From the NCBI GenBank assembly GCA_036677365.1, contig JAVBWN010000030.1, positions 89,422 to 153,421 of the forward strand: 64,000 nt of DNA, written 5' to 3'. Made by a program: the position numbers and the translations under genes. The notes under the pieces are model-generated. The model saw only the letters and a program-made list of their open reading frames with translations. It searched no databases and was not told the origin of the DNA. This DNA is from Acholeplasma sp. Lineage in GTDB: Bacteria; Bacillota_I; Bacilli_A; Acholeplasmatales; UBA5453. This document shows positions 23,028-33,010 of the stretch, in pieces (within the stretch, counting starts at the first letter, position 1; each line of letters opens with the position of its first letter).

Positions 23028-23732
23028 GGATTTGAATGCACTGGGTAAGAATAACAAAACAATCAATACCAAACCCACCAACGACATCACACCAAGGTAA
23101 GCAACGTAGCTGACATCTTCGATGACAAATTGGAATGGACTGCCATTACCATAGTGTAATAACATATAATCGGTATCCAAAATGAAGTTGAGTGTGTTCG
23201 CAAAAGCAGCGGCTAATAACAACACAAATAATGCTTGAATGAAGTGGGTAAATTTCGGTACATAGCGTTTCGATAGCACCAAATACACGGAGAAGAAAAT
23301 CATATTGCCATGGTAAATAAAACTATGAAATGGCAATACTTCCGTGACGGGGAACCATTGGTCTGAATTGCCCAAGACATTTGATGGGTACAACAAAACC
23401 AACAATCCAGCCAATAGCCCAACGGCATAAGTGAATGGTGTCATGAATTTCGCAAACTTACCTTTACCAAAAGCGACAATCGGCATCACATAAAGAGAAA
23501 AACTACACAAATTGAATGGGTACATATATGCCCCGATGCTCCCATCGGTTGCGATGGTATACGTATATTTGAATAATTCTAAGGCGATTAAAAACAAAGC
23601 ACTCATCCGCAAAATCACTTTTCGATTGACAGATGGTCTTAAAGAGAGCCATAAAAACAAGACGATGAATACAATGGTTACTAAGGAACCGGATAAGTGT
23701 TTCATTCCAAATACTGCAGGTGTTAATATCAT
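23019..23732 (-). CDS. YwaF-like integral membrane protein
   Basis: PFNLCS, HSFIYHG, TDYMLL motifs; about 7 TM. Confidence 0.8.
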   Translation of the reverse strand: MILTPAVFGMKHLSGSLVTIVFIVLFLWLSLRPSVNRKVILRMSALFLIALELFKYTYTIATDGSIGAYMYPFNLCSFSLYVMPIVAFGKGKFAKFMTPFTYAVGLLAGLLVLLYPSNVLGNSDQWFPVTEVLPFHSFIYHGNMIFFSVYLVLSKRYVPKFTHFIQALFVLLLAAAFANTLNFILDTDYMLLHYGNGSPFQFVIEDVSYVAYLGVMSLVGLVLIVLLFLPSAFKSKK

Positions 23733-23888
23733 GATTGGGTTACCTCTTCCATGCTATATGATACTCGATAACTTAATTAATTTCAATGTTTTCAGTAAAA
23801 ACGCTTTTTTTTCAAACTTGTGTAAAAAAAATACGTAAATAATGGGTTTGTGATATAATGATAAAGGCTTTAAGAAAGAAGTGAAATT

Positions 23889-25700
23889 ATGGAAATTAGA
23901 AACGTCGCAATCATCGCTCACGTCGACCACGGTAAGACTACGCTCGTCGATGAATTGTTAAAACAATCCGAGCGTAAAAATACCCACGAACTCATCCAAG
24001 AGCGTGCTATGGACTCCAATGATATCGAAAGAGAACGCGGTATTACCATCCTTGCAAAAAACACTGCGATTGAATATAAGGGTTACAGAATCAATATTTT
24101 AGATACCCCAGGTCACGCTGACTTTGGTGGTGAAGTTGAACGCATCATGAACATGGTTGACGCGGTTGTTTTGGTCGTCGATGCCTATGAAGGTGCGATG
24201 CCACAAACCCGATTTGTATTGAAAAAAGCACTAGAAGCAAAACTCAAACCGATCGTTGTCATCAATAAAATCGACCGTGCATTTGCGCGTCCACTCGAAG
24301 CAGTGAATGAGGTTCTAGATTTATTTATTGAACTCAATGCGGATGAGTCACAACTGGATTTCCCAATCGTTTATGCCTCTGGCATCAAAGGATTGGCTTC
24401 TTTTGACCATGAATTTAAGGATGCTAAAAGCATGGTACCTTTACTAGATACCATCATCAAATACGTTCCAGCGCCGGCTCAAGAAAAAGACAAACCGCTT
24501 CAATTCCAACCAGCGTTGTTAGACTATAACGATTATGTGGGTAGAATTGGTATCGGAAAAATCTATCAAGGGACCATCAAAGTCAATCAAAACGTCAGTT
24601 GTTTACGTTTAGATGGCACCATCAAACCATTTAGAGTACAGAAATTATTCTCGTTTTTAGGCCTAACCCGTATTGAAGTCGAAGAAGCCTATGCAGGCGA
24701 TATTGTCGCGATTGCAGGCTTAACTGACATCAACGTGGGCGAAACGGTATGTGAACAAGGACAAGAAATTGCCTTACCAATTTTACATATCGATGAACCA
24801 ACGGTTCAAATGACATTTGGTACGAACACATCGCCATTTGCAGGTAAAGAAGGCAAATTTGTTACCGCGTCAAAAATTGAAGAACGTTTGTATAAAGAGA
24901 CTCAAAAAGACGTTTCTTTAAGGGTTGAACGTTTGAATACCAAAGAAGAATGGATTGTCTCTGGTAGAGGTGAACTGCACTTAGGTATTTTAATTGAAAA
25001 CATGCGCCGTGAAGGCTTCGAATTCCAAGTTTCTCGTCCACAAGTCATCATTCAAGAAATTAATGGTGTCAAACATGAACCGTATGAATTCGTTCAAGTC
25101 GACTGTCCAATCGATGTGGTCGGTACAGTCATCGAAATGCTGGGGGCTCGTAAAGGGGTCATGGGCAATATGATTTCACATCAAAACCAAACCAGATTAA
25201 CCTATACCATGCCAAGCCGTGGGTTGATTGGATTCATGACTGATTTCATGACAGCAACCAAGGGTTATGGTATTTTGAACCACTCATACCTCGAATACCG
25301 TCCGGTTGAACACATCGATGTCGGTAACCGTTCCACGGGTGCGTTAGTATCTTTATTGGAAGGTATGACCACCGCCTACGCAATTGGTCGTTTAGAAGAC
25401 CGTGGTACGATGTTTGTTGAACCGCGCGTATCTGTGTATGAAGGCATGATCGTTGGGGTAGCGAATAAAGAGTTTGATTTGGCTGTAAACGTCACACAAG
25501 AAAAGCAATTGACCAACATGAGAAGTGCGGGTAAAGATACCACCGTTGTCTTAAAAAGACCACGTGAATTGTCGCTAGAAGCTTGTTTAGAATTCATCAA
25601 TGACGATGAGTTGGTAGAAATCACACCGAAGAATATCCGTTTGAGAAAACGCATTTTAAGGACCAACGAACGTAAAAAGTTCGATAACTATAAATATTAA
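23889..25700 (+). CDS. typA: Translational GTPase TypA/BipA
   Basis: [35 protein letters not shown]. Confidence 0.98.
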   Translation: MEIRNVAIIAHVDHGKTTLVDELLKQSERKNTHELIQERAMDSNDIERERGITILAKNTAIEYKGYRINILDTPGHADFGGEVERIMNMVDAVVLVVDAYEGAMPQTRFVLKKALEAKLKPIVVINKIDRAFARPLEAVNEVLDLFIELNADESQLDFPIVYASGIKGLASFDHEFKDAKSMVPLLDTIIKYVPAPAQEKDKPLQFQPALLDYNDYVGRIGIGKIYQGTIKVNQNVSCLRLDGTIKPFRVQKLFSFLGLTRIEVEEAYAGDIVAIAGLTDINVGETVCEQGQEIALPILHIDEPTVQMTFGTNTSPFAGKEGKFVTASKIEERLYKETQKDVSLRVERLNTKEEWIVSGRGELHLGILIENMRREGFEFQVSRPQVIIQEINGVKHEPYEFVQVDCPIDVVGTVIEMLGARKGVMGNMISHQNQTRLTYTMPSRGLIGFMTDFMTATKGYGILNHSYLEYRPVEHIDVGNRSTGALVSLLEGMTTAYAIGRLEDRGTMFVEPRVSVYEGMIVGVANKEFDLAVNVTQEKQLTNMRSAGKDTTVVLKRPRELSLEACLEFINDDELVEITPKNIRLRKRILRTNERKKFDNYKY

Positions 25701-25704
25701 TAGG

Positions 25705-25738
25705 ATATCAAGGCCTTTTTGGTCTTGATATTTTTTTT
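25705..25738 (+). terminator. Terminator after typA
   Basis: ATATCAAGGCC/GGTCTTGATAT stem plus T-run. Confidence 0.75.
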
Positions 25739-25814
25739 GAATTAAGGATTTTGTATCTTTAAAGATACAGGAAAAAAATGTTATACTTATCATAATGAAT
25801 AGGAGAATGTGACT

Positions 25815-26258
25815 ATGATTGCAATCGGCAGTGACCACGCTGGGTTTGAATTAAAACAACAACTCATTGCGTATTTTAAAGAAAAACAAATCCCGTATCA
25901 AGATTTTGGTACCGATGGATTGGCTTCGGTAGACTATCCAGATTATGGGATCAAAGTAGGCGAAGCAGTAGCGACAGGCAATTACGCATTCGGGATTGTC
26001 ATTTGTGGGACCGGGATTGGCATTTCCATTTCGGCCAATAAAGTTAAAGGGGTCAGAGCAGCCCTCATTTATGATGAAAATACCGCTCGTTTAGCAAAAC
26101 AACATAACAACGCCAATGTGATTGCACTAGGGGGAAGAACCCATCCTTATGAACTTGCCGTTTCACTTGTAGAGACCTTTAGAAATGAAACATACGAACC
26201 AAGACATCAAAAACGTTTGGATAAATTATCGATATATGAAAAGGAGCACTACAAATGA
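25815..26258 (+). CDS. rpiB: Ribose-5-phosphate isomerase B
   Basis: GSDHAG, DYPD, CGTGIG, HNNAN. Confidence 0.96.
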   Translation: MIAIGSDHAGFELKQQLIAYFKEKQIPYQDFGTDGLASVDYPDYGIKVGEAVATGNYAFGIVICGTGIGISISANKVKGVRAALIYDENTARLAKQHNNANVIALGGRTHPYELAVSLVETFRNETYEPRHQKRLDKLSIYEKEHYK

Positions 26259-26881
26259 GTAAAGTCGTTGTATTGAAACACCCGCTCATCGATCATAAGA
26301 TGGCGAAGATTAGAGACAAAGCTACAGAGACCAAGCAGTTTAGAGAAACGGTATCCGAAATTGGTATGTTGGTAACGTATGAGATTACCAGAGATTTTGA
26401 AACAGTCCCTAAACAAGTTGAGACACCCATCACGACAACAACAGCCTTTGTTCTTAAAAAACCGGTGGTAATCGTCCCGATTTTAAGGGCAGGTCTTGGG
26501 ATGGTAGAAGGCATTCACAACATCATTCCAAGTGCACGCATCGGTCATGTCGGTGTTTATCGCGATGAAGTGACTTTAGAACCTCATGAATATTTCGCGA
26601 AATTCCCTCTGGATATCGCAGATTCTGCTGTATTGGTGGTAGACCCAATGCTTGCTACCGGTGGGAGCGCATCCGCTGCCATCACGATGGTGAAAAGACG
26701 TGGGGCTACCGACATTCGTTTTGTTGGATTGGTCGGTTGTCCTGAAGGCGTTAAGCGACTTCAAAAAGACCACCCAGATGTCGATATATATCTGGCTGCG
26801 ATGGATGAAAGACTCAATGAAAAAGGCTACATCGTCCCTGGATTAGGTGACTGTGGCGACCGTCTCTTTGGTACCAAATAA
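26255..26881 (+). CDS. upp: Uracil phosphoribosyltransferase
   Basis: [35 protein letters not shown]. Confidence 0.98.
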   Translation: MSKVVVLKHPLIDHKMAKIRDKATETKQFRETVSEIGMLVTYEITRDFETVPKQVETPITTTTAFVLKKPVVIVPILRAGLGMVEGIHNIIPSARIGHVGVYRDEVTLEPHEYFAKFPLDIADSAVLVVDPMLATGGSASAAITMVKRRGATDIRFVGLVGCPEGVKRLQKDHPDVDIYLAAMDERLNEKGYIVPGLGDCGDRLFGTK

Positions 26882-27078
26882 TGTTTGACAATGCGGTCTA
26901 TTTTATCACCTTCGCTGTATCTGCAGTTTGGATCATCGAAGTGTTAAAAAAAAGCCAATTTGAAAAGGCATTTAAGCCGAATTCAACTTGGCATATTCGA
27001 TCGTTTTATATCATCATTACCCTGATTGGTGCGCATTTGCTGGCGTCGATGGTAGAACGTATTTTCAATCTATTTTAG
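26881..27078 (+). CDS. Small 2-TM membrane protein (DUF1146/YwzB-like)
   Basis: TAATG coupling with upp; two TM segments separated by FEKAFKPN. Confidence 0.6.
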   Translation: MFDNAVYFITFAVSAVWIIEVLKKSQFEKAFKPNSTWHIRSFYIIITLIGAHLLASMVERIFNLF

Positions 27079-27670
27079 GTATTTTCACATCCACCATCCC
27101 TTGGTCAACCATCTTGACCTGGTGATAGTTTGATTTCAACGTATCTATAGATATTTCATTCAATACAGCATCCACTTCGATATGTTCACCAAAGGACTTA
27201 TCCACGATGGTTATCGTATCTTTGGTTTGATAGACAAACGTATCAAATAAATGGTAAGGCAAATAGATTTTAACCCAAGGTTTTTTCACTAATGTGTAAC
27301 AAACCGCCAGTTTAACAGCTTCAACGGTTGCGTTGGTATAAGCTCGAATCAACCCGCCAGCCCCCAGTTTGATGCCCCCAAAATACCGTGTGACGACACA
27401 AAGGACATCGGTGAGTTGGTGGTGTTTTAAAACCTCTAATATGGGGACACCCGCGGTTTTTGCAGGTTCTTTATCATCACTGGCTTTCACTTCTTTACCG
27501 TCACGAACGATGTAGGCATAACAATTATGATTGGCCTCACGATGTAATACACGCACTTGAGCGAGGATGGCATTGGCTTCATCTACCGAGTGCACGATAT
27601 ATAACTGCGCGATAAATTTCGATTTATCGATGACCAACTCTGTTTGAACATTTGCTTGAATATAATACAT
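27065..27670 (-). CDS. YigZ/IMPACT family protein
   Basis: KSKFIA, ANHNCYAY, DDKEPAKTAG, TRYFGGIKLGAGGLIRAY. Confidence 0.93.
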   Translation of the reverse strand: MYYIQANVQTELVIDKSKFIAQLYIVHSVDEANAILAQVRVLHREANHNCYAYIVRDGKEVKASDDKEPAKTAGVPILEVLKHHQLTDVLCVVTRYFGGIKLGAGGLIRAYTNATVEAVKLAVCYTLVKKPWVKIYLPYHLFDTFVYQTKDTITIVDKSFGEHIEVDAVLNEISIDTLKSNYHQVKMVDQGMVDVKIPKID

Positions 27671-27699
27671 TGACTCACCTCATCTAGGTAGGTAATCCC

Positions 27700-28890
27700 A
27701 TGAAAAAGAGATTTAGACATGTTTTATTATACACGCTTTTAAGACCATTGTTTAGAATTATTGTGTGGTTTAGGTATCGATTCATTGGAAGAAAATACAA
27801 AGGCCCAGCCAAAGGACCTTATTTAATCTTGGGTAATCACACCGTCAACTGGGACCCGATACTGTTGGCTATGAGTTTTAGAGAACCGATTTATTATGTC
27901 GCTTCTGACATGTTGTTTTCTATCCCAGTCATTTCCAAAATCCTGTATTACTTGGTTCAACCCATTTCTAAATCCAAATATAAAGCCGATACAGAAACGG
28001 TAAAAAATATGATCAAAGTTGCGCGTTCAGGCGGGTCTATTGGTATATTTCCAGAAGGCAACCGCACGTTTTCAGGACGCATCATGTACATGCCTTACTC
28101 CATATCGAAATTGATCAAACTCCTCAAACTACCCGTATTATTTTACCGCTTAGAAGGTGGTTATTTGACCAGTCCAAGATGGGCTGTACACAACAGAAGA
28201 GGTAAGATGCGGGGCTATGTCAAAACCACATGGACCTATGAGGAATATAAAGATTTATCCAACGATGAAATCTATCAGTTTGTTGTCGACCAATTGTCTG
28301 TCAATGACTTAGATATGCAAATGGCTAACCCCCGAAGATTCCGTGGGAAACATTACGCTGAATACATCGAACGTGCTTTCTTCGTCTCCCCAGTCACCGA
28401 TCGCATTGGTACGATTTATTCTGATAAAGACGATATTTTCGAGCATGGGTCAAATCTTCACTACCGGATGAATTCCTATGGTTTAATTGACAATATCGGG
28501 CCGACCAAATATTATCCAAATACCATTTTGTGGTACGATCATCAAGTCAAAGTTGTAGAGGATTTGATTGATCAAAAAGTAGATACACCGCTATTTGAAG
28601 AAAATGCGAAAGCATATGAACTCTTAAAACGAAAACAAATACCATTGTCCGATTCGCACATGGTTTTATATACAGATCGTTTCACCTTTACAATCCAAGG
28701 GGAAGTTCAAACCTGGTTTTACAAGGATATTTTGCCAGCTGTACAATATTCACACACACTCATCGTTTATCACAAAGAACTGGTTAAGACCTATTTCTTT
28801 GTTGGTGATGAACGATTCAATGCATTAAAATACGTGATGTTTGCGAAAACATATCAAAGGAGGGTTCTAAACTATGATTCAGAACTATGA
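27700..28890 (+). CDS. Lysophospholipid acyltransferase (PlsC-like)
   Basis: NHTVNWD, FPEGNR; paralogue of 21772..23007. Confidence 0.85.
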   Translation: MKKRFRHVLLYTLLRPLFRIIVWFRYRFIGRKYKGPAKGPYLILGNHTVNWDPILLAMSFREPIYYVASDMLFSIPVISKILYYLVQPISKSKYKADTETVKNMIKVARSGGSIGIFPEGNRTFSGRIMYMPYSISKLIKLLKLPVLFYRLEGGYLTSPRWAVHNRRGKMRGYVKTTWTYEEYKDLSNDEIYQFVVDQLSVNDLDMQMANPRRFRGKHYAEYIERAFFVSPVTDRIGTIYSDKDDIFEHGSNLHYRMNSYGLIDNIGPTKYYPNTILWYDHQVKVVEDLIDQKVDTPLFEENAKAYELLKRKQIPLSDSHMVLYTDRFTFTIQGEVQTWFYKDILPAVQYSHTLIVYHKELVKTYFFVGDERFNALKYVMFAKTYQRRVLNYDSEL

Positions 28891-30310
28891 GTCTTTCGCT
28901 ACGTGGGGTGCCATTATTTATTTCCTTATTTTGTCGGTGCTATTGTTACTAGGTAATGTCATCAGACGCAAGATTCCCCTATTTAAAAAGTCATTATTGC
29001 CAACAGCGGTCATCGCAGGGTTAATCGGCTTAATCATTAAAGAAGTTGTATTTCGACCACTTTCTGTGAATGGCACTTTACCGGTAGATTCGGTCGTCAA
29101 ATTTAACCAATTTTTAAACCTCATTACTTATCATACGTTAGGTTTGGGTTTCATTGCGATGGGGTTAAAAGTGAATGAAAAATTCGAAATTAAGACCAAT
29201 CGTAGCCACGCCTATTACAATGGTATGGTCATTGTATCGACTTATTTATTACAAGGTGTCATCGGGATTGCGATGACATTGTTGTTCGCTTATACATTCA
29301 TGCCTGCCTTTAAATCGGGTCCAGGGCTCGCAACCGGCATTCTATTGCCCTTTGGTTTTGGACAAGGCCCAGGTCAAGCCAATAACTTTGGGATCATCTA
29401 TGAAACCTTTGATCCAAATGGTTTTGTGGGTGGGCAGTCCTATGGTTTAGCCATGGCATCGATGGGGTTCATTTGGGCAGCCATTGGTGGGGTATTCTAT
29501 CTTAACCGTGTTCAAAAGAAACGCGTAAAAGGTGAAGAAATGGCACCACAAATGACTTCAATTCAAGAAATCAGTGCACCAGATGAAATTCCTGTGGCAG
29601 AATCGATTGATAAACTGACCGTTCAAATTGCCCTCATCGTAACCGTCTATGGGTTAACTTTATTGACCATGTTTGGTCTTTCTCGTCTGGTTGCACTCAA
29701 TGAAACGACCTACCGTATGCTCAATTCCTTGATTTGGGGATTTAACTTCATCTTCGGTATGGTGATTGCCTTGTTATCCAAAAAGTTCTTTGTTTATTTA
29801 CGTAAAGTGGGTTGGATGACCAGACAATATCCAAATAACTTTATGTTAAATCGTATTGCTGGCGTGGTCTTTGATTTGATGGTGGTGGCATCCATCACCG
29901 CGATCAATATGGAAGACTTATCCCAAAATAATATATGGATTGCTTTCTTATTGATTTCTTCTGTGGGTGGTGCAATCACCATGTATTACCTACATCATTT
30001 AACCAAACGCGTGTATCAACAATACCCATTGGAGGCTTTTTCTGCGATGTATGGTACTTTAACAGGCACAGCATCCACAGGGATTGCCTTGTTACGTGAA
30101 GTTGACCCTTACTATAAAACACCAGCGGCTACAGATTTGGTCACCGGAACCACAACCGCCATCTTATTTGGCTTGCCAATTCTCTTGATTGCTTCCTATG
30201 CCCCACAAGGCATTACCCAGTCAATCATCTCATTGGTTATCCTCACTGTATTGTTCGCCCTATTTGCAGGATTCTTATTTAAGAAGCACTCATTGAAGAA
30301 GAAGGCATAG
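28874..30310 (+). CDS. Sodium/glutamate symporter family transporter
   Basis: Multi-TM protein with LPTAVIAG, GFGQGPG, YGTLTGTASTGIALLR. Confidence 0.8.
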   Translation: MIQNYESFATWGAIIYFLILSVLLLLGNVIRRKIPLFKKSLLPTAVIAGLIGLIIKEVVFRPLSVNGTLPVDSVVKFNQFLNLITYHTLGLGFIAMGLKVNEKFEIKTNRSHAYYNGMVIVSTYLLQGVIGIAMTLLFAYTFMPAFKSGPGLATGILLPFGFGQGPGQANNFGIIYETFDPNGFVGGQSYGLAMASMGFIWAAIGGVFYLNRVQKKRVKGEEMAPQMTSIQEISAPDEIPVAESIDKLTVQIALIVTVYGLTLLTMFGLSRLVALNETTYRMLNSLIWGFNFIFGMVIALLSKKFFVYLRKVGWMTRQYPNNFMLNRIAGVVFDLMVVASITAINMEDLSQNNIWIAFLLISSVGGAITMYYLHHLTKRVYQQYPLEAFSAMYGTLTGTASTGIALLREVDPYYKTPAATDLVTGTTTAILFGLPILLIASYAPQGITQSIISLVILTVLFALFAGFLFKKHSLKKKA

Positions 30311-30327
30311 TTTTGCCTTCTTTTTTT
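30299..30327 (+). terminator. Terminator
   Basis: AAGAAGGCA/TGCCTTCTT stem plus T-run. Confidence 0.75.
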
Positions 30328-30357
30328 GGTTTTGTAAACCTAAAATGTTGGATTTTT

Positions 30358-30386
30358 TTGACTTAATCACGTAAAAATGCTATAAT
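30358..30386 (+). promoter_or_regulatory. Sigma70 promoter
   Basis: TTGACT-17-TATAAT with TG extension. Confidence 0.75.
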
Positions 30387-30415
30387 CTCTATCAAGATTG
30401 GAGATTTAACACACT

Positions 30416-31792
30416 ATGGAACTACCGCTGATAATCTTATTATTGGTTGTATTATTGATGCTGAGCTCAATGCTCTCCCTTTTTGAGATTGCGATTGAAT
30501 CGGTAAATAAAACTAAATTAAAAACACTGGCAGACGAGGGAAACCTCAAAGCTAAACGGGTCATTAAGTTGACCGAAAACGACGAGTCATTATCGATTTT
30601 ACACATCGGTTATCAAGTATTCGCTATTTTTGGCACGATCATTTTAGGCTTTTATTGGATTGATAACTTGATTGCTGGTTTGAATAACCTGATGAGTTTA
30701 GAGACAAGATTACCTAGCAATTTAGCCTTCTTATCCAGTGCGATTTATCAAACACTCGCCTTTATTTTGTTGGCTTTTATTTGGATTACAGTTGTTCTTA
30801 TATTTGGGTACATTGTACCAAGAAAAGTAGGGATTAAGTATAACGAGCGTCTGGCTTTAAGATACATTGGGTTTATCGAGTTCAATGTCGGTTTATTTAA
30901 ACCATTATTTGGATTTGTTGTATTATTATCTAAAGGCATTTTAAAGTTATTCAAGATACATTATCATGAAGACTTAGAAAAAGTATCTGAAGAAGAAATC
31001 ATCTCATTGATTGAATCTGGAACAGAACACGGGACCATCAATGAAGATGAGCAAGAAATGATTTCATCTGTACTCGAGTTTAATGACATTACCGCGGTTG
31101 AGATCATGACACCAAGAACAGAAGTGTATATGATCGATATCAATGAATTTAATGAACATACCATCGATGAAATGATTCAAGAAAACTATTCACGTATTCC
31201 GGTTTATGACGATTCACCCGATGACATCATTGGTGTGGTTTACATTAAAGATGTATTCAGAGAAGCGAGAAAAGTCGGTTTTGAACATGTCGATTTGAAA
31301 AAGATATTAAATAAACCTTATTTTGTCCCAGCTAGAAAAAAGATTGATGCCTTATTTAAAGAACTACAAGCGGCTAAATCGTATATGGGCATCCTTGTGG
31401 ATGAGTACGGTGGTTTCCAAGGGATTGTCACCATTGAAGACTTGATTGAAGAAGTTATGGGCGACATTTATGATGAATATGATGAAGACATTTCTGACAT
31501 CAAAGAGATTGAACCGAATACATATTTAGTCAATGGATTGCTATCTGTTGAAGAAGTCAATGAAGCATTAAACACGCAAATACCTGAAGATGATTCATAT
31601 GAAACCATCGCAGGGTTCATTTTGTCGCATATTGGGTATATACCAGATGTGAAAGATGACATTACCGTTAATTTAGATAATATCACACTCAAAGTGGATA
31701 AAATGGACGATAAGCGTATTGATCAAGTCATCATAAAGATTGTACCAAAAGTAGAAACGAACGACGAAAACACAGAAGAACAGTCTAACTAA
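30416..31792 (+). CDS. CNNM/hemolysin-family CBS-domain Mg transporter (CorB/TlyC-like)
   Basis: DUF21-like TM region, EIMTPR, YSRIPVY, VDEYGG, CorC-like tail. Confidence 0.92.
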   Translation: MELPLIILLLVVLLMLSSMLSLFEIAIESVNKTKLKTLADEGNLKAKRVIKLTENDESLSILHIGYQVFAIFGTIILGFYWIDNLIAGLNNLMSLETRLPSNLAFLSSAIYQTLAFILLAFIWITVVLIFGYIVPRKVGIKYNERLALRYIGFIEFNVGLFKPLFGFVVLLSKGILKLFKIHYHEDLEKVSEEEIISLIESGTEHGTINEDEQEMISSVLEFNDITAVEIMTPRTEVYMIDINEFNEHTIDEMIQENYSRIPVYDDSPDDIIGVVYIKDVFREARKVGFEHVDLKKILNKPYFVPARKKIDALFKELQAAKSYMGILVDEYGGFQGIVTIEDLIEEVMGDIYDEYDEDISDIKEIEPNTYLVNGLLSVEEVNEALNTQIPEDDSYETIAGFILSHIGYIPDVKDDITVNLDNITLKVDKMDDKRIDQVIIKIVPKVETNDENTEEQSN

Positions 31793-31803
31793 GACTGTTT
31801 TTT
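31779..31803 (+). terminator. Terminator
   Basis: AACAGTCT/AGACTGTT stem plus T-run. Confidence 0.65.
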
Positions 31804-31849
31804 TACTTTTTCAAGAGATTATTATGATATAATAAAACAGGTGATAATA

Positions 31850-33010
31850 ATGGACGCTATCAAGCAATCCCTCTATGTAATACGAGCCCTAAAGAAACAA
31901 AATTTTGAAGCCTTTTTTGTCGGAGGCTGTGTTCGTGATTACTTACTAAAACGTGATACCATCGATGTCGATATCGCAACCAATGCGAACCCTTACAAGG
32001 TCATGGACATCACTAAAGCCAAGCCGACAGGCCTACCTTATGGTACCGTCAGTATTCAAAAAGAAAAACTCAAAATCGAAATAACGACATATAGAAGAGA
32101 CGCACAATATACCGATAATCGTCATCCAGACGAAGTGATTCCGGTTCAAACCATTGAAGAGGACGTTAAAAGACGCGATTTTACAATCAATGGGTTAGCC
32201 ATGAACGACGCTTACCAAATCATGGATTTTGTTGGTGGTAAAGAGGACTTAAGATTAAAAATTATTCGTGCCATCGGCAACCCCGATGAACGTTTTCAAG
32301 AAGACAGTTTACGCATTTTAAGAGCCGCTTATTTTCAAGCCAAACTTGGGTTCCAAATCGAAAAGGAAACCCGTTTAAGCATGGCTAAAAACAAAGATTT
32401 AATCCAAAATCTACCGAATGAACGGGTCTTTACTGAATTGATAAAATTGTTGAAAGAACCCAACCAATTGAATGCTTTGAAGACACTCGATACCTCAGGC
32501 ATTTCTAAGGTGTTACCAGGGTTAGAAAAAGGTATCCATTTCGTGGTTGAAAACATGAAAGAACCGCTATTTATTGATGCATTCTTCGCCCTATGCTTTA
32601 CACTGCATGGACAGGTGCCATCAGAATGGAAATTCTCCAATATCGCCAGATTAAAATATGAAAAAGTCGTTGAACTCGTCAACAGAAATCAACCGCTTTC
32701 CGATTTAGATCTATTTACACAAGGACTTGAAATTTGTTTGTTGACCAATAAAGTCGCATTCTTATTGGGCAAGTCCTCCAACCAAAAGCGTGCTTTAGAA
32801 GAACGATTCCAACACTTGCCACTCAAAAGTGCGTTGGATTTGAAGCTAAGAGGCTCAGACTTAATATCGATCACCAATAAGAAACAAGGTGCATGGGTGT
32901 CCAAAGCCATCGATGATATGGTTGTCGCTGTGCTCGAAAAACGCGTTCTAAACGAGTATGAAGCACTCAAGACGTATGTTTTACAGAAAGAGGTTAAACA
33001 TGAAAAGTGA
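31850..33010 (+). CDS. cca: CCA tRNA nucleotidyltransferase
   Basis: VGGCVRD, DVDIAT, RRDFTIN, EDSLRILR. Confidence 0.92.
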   Translation: MDAIKQSLYVIRALKKQNFEAFFVGGCVRDYLLKRDTIDVDIATNANPYKVMDITKAKPTGLPYGTVSIQKEKLKIEITTYRRDAQYTDNRHPDEVIPVQTIEEDVKRRDFTINGLAMNDAYQIMDFVGGKEDLRLKIIRAIGNPDERFQEDSLRILRAAYFQAKLGFQIEKETRLSMAKNKDLIQNLPNERVFTELIKLLKEPNQLNALKTLDTSGISKVLPGLEKGIHFVVENMKEPLFIDAFFALCFTLHGQVPSEWKFSNIARLKYEKVVELVNRNQPLSDLDLFTQGLEICLLTNKVAFLLGKSSNQKRALEERFQHLPLKSALDLKLRGSDLISITNKKQGAWVSKAIDDMVVAVLEKRVLNEYEALKTYVLQKEVKHEK

